From positions 1 to 43,910 of IMG/VR virus record IMGVR_UViG_3300045988_040029: DNA of 43,910 bases; one strand, written 5' to 3'. Positions 16,628 through 24,125 of the stretch are shown here, piece after piece. This stretch comes from a virus. Positions within the stretch are counted from its first letter, which is position 1, and every line of letters starts with the position of its first letter. A model generated the notes under the pieces. That model was not told where the DNA came from. It did not search any database and saw nothing but the letters and a program-made list of their open reading frames with translations. Made by a program: the position numbers and the translations under genes.

Positions 16628-16917
16628 AATTCGTATACCTGTTCTTCTACTTTTGGTGGTTTTATTTTTACTTCTACAAACAGAAAATCTTCACATATTC
16701 CTTTTTCTTTATATTCTTTTATCTCTTTTTTCATTAAATTGTCTAACACATCTCTGCCAAAGACAGATAAGCATCCAATTATTACTTTGTCGTTTACAAC
16801 CATTCTTCTGAATACAATTCCAAACCCTTCTATCGGGCCGATGTCAAAAATCTCCAATCTCACATGTGATATTTTTTTATCATCCAGAAGATTTTTTACA
16901 AGTTTTTTTATTGTCAC
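16624..16917 (-). CDS. Hypothetical protein (cassette gene A)
   Basis: The GTG at 16917 forms a GTGA overlap with the MuF stop and follows AAGGTGG. The track start at 16929 is also GTG. About 97 aa. Confidence 0.6.
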   Translation of the reverse strand: MTIKKLVKNLLDDKKISHVRLEIFDIGPIEGFGIVFRRMVVNDKVIIGCLSVFGRDVLDNLMKKEIKEYKEKGICEDFLFVEVKIKPPKVEEQVYEL

Positions 16918-18182
16918 GTTCTTTTCCACCTTTCTTTATGCCGTTTAGCACCAGATTTACTTCGCCGTTCCTGATCGTATCCGTAGCCAGCCACCTTGTT
17001 TCTTTCATACTGTGGAGCCATGTTGTTCCGTTCGCAAAAATCATTGTAAGCTTTGTTTTGACGCGTCAGTTTGTACGATAATGTATCGTATTTATCCTGT
17101 ATGCCTGCTTTTTCTGGCGTCTCATCTGATAACATGTTTAGTTCCGTTTGCATCGCCAGCAGCCTGCGTTTGGTTGCCCGGATCGACCGTTCCATCTTTC
17201 GCTGTTCCTGCATCAGATCATATTTCTTCCGGTTCTCTTCTGTGCTGATCTTCAGATTGCCTTTTTCATCCAGATATGGATTCCTCAGATCCTTATCCCA
17301 CATCTGGTGGCTGTGTCGACAGTTGTATCCATGCAAGCCAAGAGGATTTACTACTCTCCCTTGTCCGGTAACTGGATCAATATCGTAGCCGGTTAATTCC
17401 AACAGATTTGGATATCCCGGTTCTGATCCACGGATCCTATATACTTTGCCTTGCCAGTTCTCGTGTCCTGCGCAGTACGGTTGTCCTTCTTTCTGCGGTC
17501 TGGCTCCTGTGTGAGCAGATATTAATACATATTCGCTTTTTGTCTCCGCAATATACTGATTTGTCACCTGCGCAGCCGTCTGATTCATGGATGTGACCAC
17601 GCAGCACCTCACTGCTGCTTCCAAAGTCCGCTTTGTACCGGTTGGGTATGTAACCATTACCCCACGTCCAGCGTACCGATCCAGAACATCCGCAGTTGCC
17701 TGAGTATAGCTTTCCACTCCTGCTGCCACTCTCATCTCTGATTCATCCATCAGATTGATAAGATCCTTTTGTGCCTGGTCCATTGTGGTTCTGGTAAGGT
17801 TGGATAGTTCGCTAAGTGTCTTCCGGTACTCAGCATCCATAATCTGGATCACAAGCGGATTTTCCAGTGGTGGTGATACTACAAGTCCCATCTGCTTCAA
17901 TGTCTCTTCATCACTCGCCCACGATGCCAGAATAGCGTTCTGTAATATCTTCCTGAGTTCAGCCCGGCTCATATCCATATACTCAGCCAACTTCTGTTCT
18001 ATGTATTCCCTGCTGTCTCCCATCTGCTGTAGCCGGTATAATAGCCGATCTGCCGTAGCTGTAAGTTCCCCAGCGTTTACCAGGCGCCGGGTGATGTCGT
18101 GCAGTATATCATCTTCCAACTTCCGAAAGATCTCTATCAGACGATCTTCTTTCCCCAAAAAATAATCCGGTTCCAGCATCAT
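16914..18182 (-). CDS. Minor head protein, MuF / SPP1 gp7 family
   Basis: 422 aa. It has the motif LGLHGYNCRHSH (the H.NCR. core of the MuF domain), a basic C-terminal tail, and an ATGA overlap with the upstream gene. Confidence 0.8.
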   Translation of the reverse strand: MMLEPDYFLGKEDRLIEIFRKLEDDILHDITRRLVNAGELTATADRLLYRLQQMGDSREYIEQKLAEYMDMSRAELRKILQNAILASWASDEETLKQMGLVVSPPLENPLVIQIMDAEYRKTLSELSNLTRTTMDQAQKDLINLMDESEMRVAAGVESYTQATADVLDRYAGRGVMVTYPTGTKRTLEAAVRCCVVTSMNQTAAQVTNQYIAETKSEYVLISAHTGARPQKEGQPYCAGHENWQGKVYRIRGSEPGYPNLLELTGYDIDPVTGQGRVVNPLGLHGYNCRHSHQMWDKDLRNPYLDEKGNLKISTEENRKKYDLMQEQRKMERSIRATKRRLLAMQTELNMLSDETPEKAGIQDKYDTLSYKLTRQNKAYNDFCERNNMAPQYERNKVAGYGYDQERRSKSGAKRHKERWKRT

Positions 18183-18604
18183 TCCACCAACTTTCTTTTT
18201 ACCAGTTCTTCCCAGTCGTGTAAATGTTCCACTTTTGCCATCTCAAACCACTTCGCACCAGTTCCAGGCTCATGATATTGTAACTTTCGCCCGGTCGGGT
18301 ATTTTGCTGGTGGTGACCACCATCCTGTTATATTGCCCTCTGCATCCTTAATTGGGATATTCGGGCCGTATACCTCGCCCATGTACTGATAATGTGCATA
18401 TGGTGCATACCATTCAACAGTTCCACCAGTCATGCCGTCTGGATATCTCACTTGTGACCTCAGTGCTCCCTGCCGAAATGGGATGTATGGTATGCTATCC
18501 GCTACAATCTGCTGATTCAGCGCTATCTGTGCTTTATCCAGATTGCCTGCTATACGATCCAGATTTAGTTCTATGTGTACATTCCCAATTGCTTCTTTTT
18601 TCAT
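18179..18604 (-). CDS. Minor capsid / HK97 gp10-like small structural protein
   Basis: 141 aa. ADSIPYIPFRQGALRSQV resembles the yvP.dTG.Lr.S motif. It is coupled to the MuF gene. Confidence 0.45.
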   Translation of the reverse strand: MKKEAIGNVHIELNLDRIAGNLDKAQIALNQQIVADSIPYIPFRQGALRSQVRYPDGMTGGTVEWYAPYAHYQYMGEVYGPNIPIKDAEGNITGWWSPPAKYPTGRKLQYHEPGTGAKWFEMAKVEHLHDWEELVKRKLVE

Positions 18605-18665
18605 GTTAAATAATCCTATTTTTGTTTAATAATATACCTTCATTTTTTATTCGTGCACAGCACTT

Positions 18666-19664
18666 TTATATAATACATTTCAAATGGCTGTTCCTGATCG
18701 AAGCTTGATCACTTGTGATATACTGCATTGTCGTATCTAATGATTCATGGCCGAGTAACTTACTAACATCGACAATATTCATTCCGTGTTTTAGCGACAC
18801 GCTTGCAGTAGTATGACGGAATACATGTGGAGTAACGTGTGTTCTTACATCTGATGTTCTCTGCACAATATCTCTTATAAGCTTCTCAATTCCTGCCTTC
18901 CGCAATCTTCCGTACGGCCTTTTCTTGTACACAAATAATGCTGGGTTGATGTCTGTTCGTTCTGCCAGATATTCTTTCAAAGCAAATTCTGCTTTTGCAT
19001 TCAGGTAGCTTATCCTGTGCTTACTGCCTTTTTCGAACAGAATCACTTCTTTTATATCAAAATTCACATCTGTAATATTGAGATGCTCCAGTTCACTTAC
19101 ACGACATCCTGTAGAGTACAGCATTTCAACAATTGCTTTTTCTCTCTTTGTTTTGCATACAGACCGGATCTGCTCTAACTCAAGCTGAGACATTGGTTTC
19201 TTATGTTTCCGTTCGTACTTAATTGGTTTGATATTGACTGCTGGATTCTTAGGTATGTACTCTTCAGCGGCTAGCCATGAGAAATAAGTGCAGATCACTG
19301 TTCTTTTACCATCCAATGTTCTGTTCGATACTCCATGATTCTTCTGGTAAGTGTACAGATACCCTCTTATATCAATCGCACTTACTTCATATGGTTGTTT
19401 CTTTATTGTCATGAAAAAATCTTTCAGTACAATATCGTACAGATACAATGTCTTATCAGATAATCCTGCAATCTTTTTCGATACAATGTAGATCTGCACG
19501 CTCTCTGGCACATGATATTCATATTCTACAACATCTGTTTTTCTGTTCTCAATCTCATAGTCTGACAATATGACATCCAATTTCATTCCTATGATTTTCA
19601 GTGTGTCGCCGTCTGCATAATCATTCAACATCACAAGCAATTCATTTCTCAGCTGTTCTCTCAT
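18666..19664 (-). CDS. Tyrosine recombinase, XerC/XerD-like (second recombinase of this phage)
   Basis: The ATG at 19664 has the SD AAGGAGG 8 nt upstream; the track start at 19802 is unlikely. Catalytic signatures are STGCRVSEL (Arg), HVFRHT (H-x-x-R) and LGHESLDTTMQY (His...Tyr). It has an N-terminal SAM-like core-binding domain. Confidence 0.85.
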   Translation of the reverse strand: MREQLRNELLVMLNDYADGDTLKIIGMKLDVILSDYEIENRKTDVVEYEYHVPESVQIYIVSKKIAGLSDKTLYLYDIVLKDFFMTIKKQPYEVSAIDIRGYLYTYQKNHGVSNRTLDGKRTVICTYFSWLAAEEYIPKNPAVNIKPIKYERKHKKPMSQLELEQIRSVCKTKREKAIVEMLYSTGCRVSELEHLNITDVNFDIKEVILFEKGSKHRISYLNAKAEFALKEYLAERTDINPALFVYKKRPYGRLRKAGIEKLIRDIVQRTSDVRTHVTPHVFRHTTASVSLKHGMNIVDVSKLLGHESLDTTMQYITSDQASIRNSHLKCII

Positions 19665-19737
19665 AAAAATACCCTCCTTTTTGGGTTCACAAAAGGAAGG
19701 TATCGTGTTATACTTATACCGTACCCTTTGTGGTGCT

Positions 19738-19791
19738 GGAGCTGGACTTTTTGTTTGGTAGACGGGAGTCCAGCTCCCTTTTTGTTTTCTT
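19738..19791 (+). terminator. 11-bp stem hairpin plus T tract, oriented as a plus-strand terminator
   Basis: GGAGCTGGACT-18 nt-AGTCCAGCTCC is followed by CTTTTTGTTTTCTTTTTT on the plus strand. No T tract follows on the minus strand. Confidence 0.5.
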
Positions 19792-19804
19792 TTTTGATAC
19801 ACAA

Positions 19805-19813
19805 ATTATAGCA
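19805..19813 (-). promoter_or_regulatory. Extended -10 element TGCTATAAT (copy 1 of the 11-bp direct repeat AATTATAGCAC)
   Basis: The minus strand reads GTGCTATAATT, about 140 nt upstream of the recombinase ATG. No good -35 is present. Confidence 0.4.
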
Positions 19814-19855
19814 CGAACTGCACCAAAAAGGTACTTTTATTCAATTTTTTGGTTA

Positions 19856-19864
19856 ATTATAGCA
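19856..19864 (-). promoter_or_regulatory. Extended -10 element TGCTATAAT (copy 2)
   Basis: An identical 11-mer lies 51 bp upstream of copy 1, just after the stop of the fibre gene. Confidence 0.4.
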
Positions 19865-19876
19865 CCCTTTAGATTA

Positions 19877-21712
19877 TCAAAGTGTTTCCATCCATTTTTC
19901 AATCTTATTTGTGATGATTATATATCCTGCTTCATTTGGATGTAATCCTCCACCATATGCATCAGATACTTCTTGAATAAAATAGTTCAGATTTGATTCA
20001 TTGTATAAATCACAATAAGGTACCGACCATTTTTTACAAATCTGTTTAGCAATATCCATATATTCGTTGAATTTGAACTGTCCCATTGCAGAAGGTACTT
20101 TAAATGTAACAATATAACCAATTTTCTTACCAATCCAGTGAGTCTGTGCATATTTGAAAATTGATTCCAAAGCACCAGCAAAAGTGTTTTCATTCAGTTC
20201 ATCATTGTATCCAGTTGAAATAGTTCCAATAGGACAATCTGTAATATTATAAGCATCATTTACACCGCCTTCAATAATGATGTAATCAGCTTCGGGGTGC
20301 TCAGAAAACATTTTAGTCATTCTTTCGAGAATACTATCTGTTCTACCACTTCTTTTCGATATAGTAGTTCCACCAATACCATAACCATAAGTAATAGATT
20401 TCGGATAATTTTCTTGAATAATCTTTCTCCAACCAGTATTGCTATAATCTTCTACTGTTGGTCTCCAATTTGCACCATAGCAAATACTGTCACCTGTAAA
20501 CAATATTACTTTATTGTCAAATATTGCGACTGGATTAATATTTTTTGCAATGTTTTCAATTTCTCTAACTAACTTCTCGGAATATTTTACTGTATAATCA
20601 TAAGGAATATATGTACTAGGATATTCAACATCTTTCACAACCATAGCAGTAGAGAAGTCCTTACTCTGATCAAATATCGTAAATCTAACATATTTTGCAT
20701 TGCTATATGTTGTAGAAGAAAATGTTGCATATCCATTCTCTTTGGAAATAAATGATGATAAATCAGCTATAACTATTGACTTGTTTTTATCCCACAAAGT
20801 TACACTAAAATTAAACCAATCTGTCGGAAAAGTAAATCTATAAACAGAATCACTTTCATATGGTATAAACCCACTTGTTAAAGCATTATCGTTTGCCGTA
20901 TACGATCCATTTGTTGAATTATAGAAACCATGTTGAACATCGCTATCATCAATATCTAATAAGTTTACATTTTTTGTTTTTGAAAATACATGCTCAGCTA
21001 AATCTTCCTTTAGCTGACCAATGTCAGCCTGGATCTGTTCTGTATGTGTGTCATATTCCTGTATCTTCTGATCTGCGTTTTGGTTATATGCGGTCTGCTT
21101 TGCTTCTGCATTTTGGTCAAAAGCAGTTTGTGCCTCAGCCACATGAGTGTCAAATGCTGACTGCCTTTGTTTGGCATTATCATCAAATGCCTTTTGTTTT
21201 GCGGTCGCATTTTGATTGTATTCTGATTTTGCCAAAGTGCCCGTATCTTCAATCTGTTTTTCCCACCTAGTCCCTTTTTCATTGATGGATCTGATCGCGC
21301 TGTCAAGAGTGCTCGCAAGTGATGCCATTGCATTTGTCTCAGCATCACTAATATTGCTCAGTGCTCCACTTTCAGCAGAGTTAATATTGGATACAGCTTC
21401 TGTTTCCTCTGCTTTTACTGCTTCTGTAGCTGCTTTTTGTGCATTTTCGATGCCTATCAAAGACTTTTCCACAAGATCACGAATTTGTGTCATCGACAAT
21501 TTGATTTCTTCTTTCCCAGAATTAATCTCTTCTTTGCTGGAAAGTATATCTTGTTTTGCTGCTTCAATAGTTTCGGTAAATTGCTTATATTCGTCTGAAT
21601 GGTCATATCTCAGCGATTCTAACCACGATTCCAATGTGCCCTCATATCCCTTACTTACTGCAAGCTCATATGCCGACATTCCAACCACACGTCCAAGGTC
21701 TAATACTTGCAT
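19877..21712 (-). CDS. Fibre-like structural protein with a C-terminal SGNH/GDSL esterase domain
   Basis: The ATG is at 21712 (MQVLDLGRVVGMSAYELAVSKGYEGTLESWLESL, an N-terminal motif common in Firmicutes phage fibres). A long coiled coil carries Q.AFD.NA.AKQ repeats. SGNH blocks are FTGDSICYG, GIGGTT, GGVNDAY and GGLHPNEAGY. Confidence 0.75.
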   Translation of the reverse strand: MQVLDLGRVVGMSAYELAVSKGYEGTLESWLESLRYDHSDEYKQFTETIEAAKQDILSSKEEINSGKEEIKLSMTQIRDLVEKSLIGIENAQKAATEAVKAEETEAVSNINSAESGALSNISDAETNAMASLASTLDSAIRSINEKGTRWEKQIEDTGTLAKSEYNQNATAKQKAFDDNAKQRQSAFDTHVAEAQTAFDQNAEAKQTAYNQNADQKIQEYDTHTEQIQADIGQLKEDLAEHVFSKTKNVNLLDIDDSDVQHGFYNSTNGSYTANDNALTSGFIPYESDSVYRFTFPTDWFNFSVTLWDKNKSIVIADLSSFISKENGYATFSSTTYSNAKYVRFTIFDQSKDFSTAMVVKDVEYPSTYIPYDYTVKYSEKLVREIENIAKNINPVAIFDNKVILFTGDSICYGANWRPTVEDYSNTGWRKIIQENYPKSITYGYGIGGTTISKRSGRTDSILERMTKMFSEHPEADYIIIEGGVNDAYNITDCPIGTISTGYNDELNENTFAGALESIFKYAQTHWIGKKIGYIVTFKVPSAMGQFKFNEYMDIAKQICKKWSVPYCDLYNESNLNYFIQEVSDAYGGGLHPNEAGYIIITNKIEKWMETL

Positions 21713-21722
21713 TCTATCACCT

Positions 21723-22391
21723 CTATTCCTCTCCAAAAATCAAATGTCCATTCTCGTCTATGCGTAAACTTGGTGGTTTATCTGCATCATTGTAATAGAT
21801 CATAAGATCATTTCCGACGATCTCCATAGCGAACATTCCGTTCGATGGAATTACGATTCCATCCTTGCCATCGAAGTAATCTTTTCCTTTTATTGGCGTG
21901 TATCCAGTGATATCAGCTACAGATATTAGCTTTTCCCAGTTGTCTTCTCCGACATACCGCCATTGGATTTCTTCTCCATTATTCCTGATTTCCGTTTCTC
22001 TGACGCCTTTCAGCTTCTCGATCTTCTCAAGCAACTGCCGGTACACGTCCGGTTCTGGGTCTTTTACCGGATAGTCCGTTTCCCTGATGGATCTTGTGAT
22101 CTGCAAAAAACATGGCGTAGTGGACTTCTCGTCTGTGTATACTCCAACGGATATAAACCCTTTTTTGAGCAATTCCGGAGGTATCTGGCAAGAATTATTA
22201 TCGTCAAGGATCCGTTCTTCCTGCGCATCGTCCTTGATGAATCTGGCGGTCTTGATTCGCTCGGATGTCATATCTTCATCAAATTCAAATACCGCTGTGT
22301 AATCCATATTATCTCCGATCAGGTCAATGCTTTTTGTATCGGATGAGATTCGTCTGTTTTTGACTGTAAAAATAATTGTAGTATTCATCAT
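21723..22391 (-). CDS. Fibre / baseplate-like small structural protein
   Basis: 222 aa with an ATGA overlap with the portal stop. It contains GYTPIKGKDYFDGKDG, a collagen-like stretch typical of fibre proteins. Confidence 0.4.
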   Translation of the reverse strand: MMNTTIIFTVKNRRISSDTKSIDLIGDNMDYTAVFEFDEDMTSERIKTARFIKDDAQEERILDDNNSCQIPPELLKKGFISVGVYTDEKSTTPCFLQITRSIRETDYPVKDPEPDVYRQLLEKIEKLKGVRETEIRNNGEEIQWRYVGEDNWEKLISVADITGYTPIKGKDYFDGKDGIVIPSNGMFAMEIVGNDLMIYYNDADKPPSLRIDENGHLIFGEE

Positions 22392-23830
22392 TCATCTCCA
22401 AATAATCCACTTTGCTGCTGCGCTTCGCCTGCAAGGGCTTTCGCATCCTCTTCAGAGAATCCTTCAAACTTAACCAGATAGTACCAGAACGGTACTCTGC
22501 CAGTGTTTACATAGCTAAACCATGTCTGCTTGTCTTCCTGATAATTGTATGTAATGTCTCCAAAATCATAGTTGACTTCGTAAGCCCCAACTGGTGCAAG
22601 CCCGTACAGATCAGCATAGACATTCATTGCGTAGATAGCGCCGTCAAGACAGGATTCCAGCTTATCACGAACATCCTTGATGAATTGTATCGTTCTCTGC
22701 TGTTCTGCTTCTACTCCTGTAGCCGTCTGAATGCCGCTAGATTCGTTGAAAACAAAATATCCGTTGGAGAATCCAATCTTGTACCCCAACTGGCTTAAAA
22801 GAGCGTTTATGCCTGTGATTCTGGTATCCGTGTTAAGTTGTGGATTGATTTCCTGATAGAATTCTTTTTCATCCTGTCCAAATACGTTCTTCACGTAATG
22901 AGGAAGTTTCATTTCTTTTTTGCGGTTCTCATTATATTTTGCGTTTCTGTTCTTAATAGGTGTTCCATCCGGCATCAACAGTCTATCATCTGCAAGAATA
23001 ATCTTTTCAGAATCGAAGATCTCTCCGGCATTCCTGCTGTATGCTACGTCAAGATCTTTCAGTTCTTCGATGGCTTCGGCAAATATCGGAAGTCCCAAAA
23101 CAGTGTTCAGATCAAGATTGTTCGCCTGTGGCGTTCGAAATACCCCAAACATTGGGCCGTCAAGGCTCTCATTATTCCCCTTAAGGATCGGCGGCGTGTC
23201 TTTCATTAATCCTGCCCACTTCGTTTTATTCATGGCAATCGCTTTTCCGATGCTGTCTGCTGTAGAGGATACATACGTTCGGTTGCTGATATAGTATGGA
23301 GATATCTTAATTCCATCAACCTCGCTATCTACAAACCTGTGATACTCAAGCCGTGTGTAGTACTTATCTCCATCTGTGTACTGATCTTTGAAGATAATTC
23401 CTCTGATCTCCTGATTATCACAATCAGTCAGTGCCACATCCAGTGGTGTGAACATATCAAATCCGGCTCCATTTGGCTTGATGAATACCGTGCCGTAAGC
23501 ACATCCATATTCTACCCAGTGCCGGATCTGGAAGTATATTTTGTCGATCTGCTCTTGGAGCCATGTAGCTCTTGCAGATCCATCGATCTGTATTCCAATT
23601 GCCAGTGTTGCAAGTCTGGCAATTTCGGAGCACACAGATTTTGCAAAATTAATAGTCTTGATTCTATCGTCTGAGTTTATCCAACTCGGTCTTCCTGCAT
23701 ATATATTGGCACATTTCTGTATCATTTCTTCCATCACGGGTGATTCAATTATGTCCGTCTGAAAGTCTTTCTCTGCCTGATTTTTAAAAAACATCCCTAT
23801 CCACCTTTTGATTGCTGATATGATTCCCAT
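22388..23830 (-). CDS. Portal protein
   Basis: 480 aa, downstream of the terminase, with an acidic C terminus. Size and position fit an SPP1 gp6-like portal. Confidence 0.8.
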   Translation of the reverse strand: MGIISAIKRWIGMFFKNQAEKDFQTDIIESPVMEEMIQKCANIYAGRPSWINSDDRIKTINFAKSVCSEIARLATLAIGIQIDGSARATWLQEQIDKIYFQIRHWVEYGCAYGTVFIKPNGAGFDMFTPLDVALTDCDNQEIRGIIFKDQYTDGDKYYTRLEYHRFVDSEVDGIKISPYYISNRTYVSSTADSIGKAIAMNKTKWAGLMKDTPPILKGNNESLDGPMFGVFRTPQANNLDLNTVLGLPIFAEAIEELKDLDVAYSRNAGEIFDSEKIILADDRLLMPDGTPIKNRNAKYNENRKKEMKLPHYVKNVFGQDEKEFYQEINPQLNTDTRITGINALLSQLGYKIGFSNGYFVFNESSGIQTATGVEAEQQRTIQFIKDVRDKLESCLDGAIYAMNVYADLYGLAPVGAYEVNYDFGDITYNYQEDKQTWFSYVNTGRVPFWYYLVKFEGFSEEDAKALAGEAQQQSGLFGDE

Positions 23831-23834
23831 TTAT

Positions 23835-24125
23835 TCACCCGATTTTAAATCCAAAATCTTCCAGATTTATCTTCCCATCTGAAATAGTTCCTTCTTTTTC
23901 CATTAGCATTTCGCCTGGAATCCAGAACGCCAGCATCTCTGTCGTTGTCTTCGTTTCTATTGATACGTTATTTACAATATTAATTGTTGTATTTTCAATA
24001 CATTGTTTCTGACAAAACGGTTGCTTTTGTGTTGAACTTCTAAAATGCCCCACAGATTTCAAGTAATTTCCGTTAATATCAAATGGAAATATATAATCAT
24101 CTTTTATCCATTCTTTTTTACCCAT
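23835..24125 (-). CDS. Hypothetical protein between terminase and portal
   Basis: 96 aa with a TAATG overlap with the terminase stop. Confidence 0.55.
   Translation of the reverse strand: MGKKEWIKDDYIFPFDINGNYLKSVGHFRSSTQKQPFCQKQCIENTTINIVNNVSIETKTTTEMLAFWIPGEMLMEKEGTISDGKINLEDFGFKIG

Noticed and set aside
21216-21767. 183-aa plus-strand ORF antisense to the SGNH fibre gene
   Set aside because: This is a Ser/Ala/Leu-rich shadow of the coiled-coil coding region. It has no SD and conflicts with the strong minus-strand gene.
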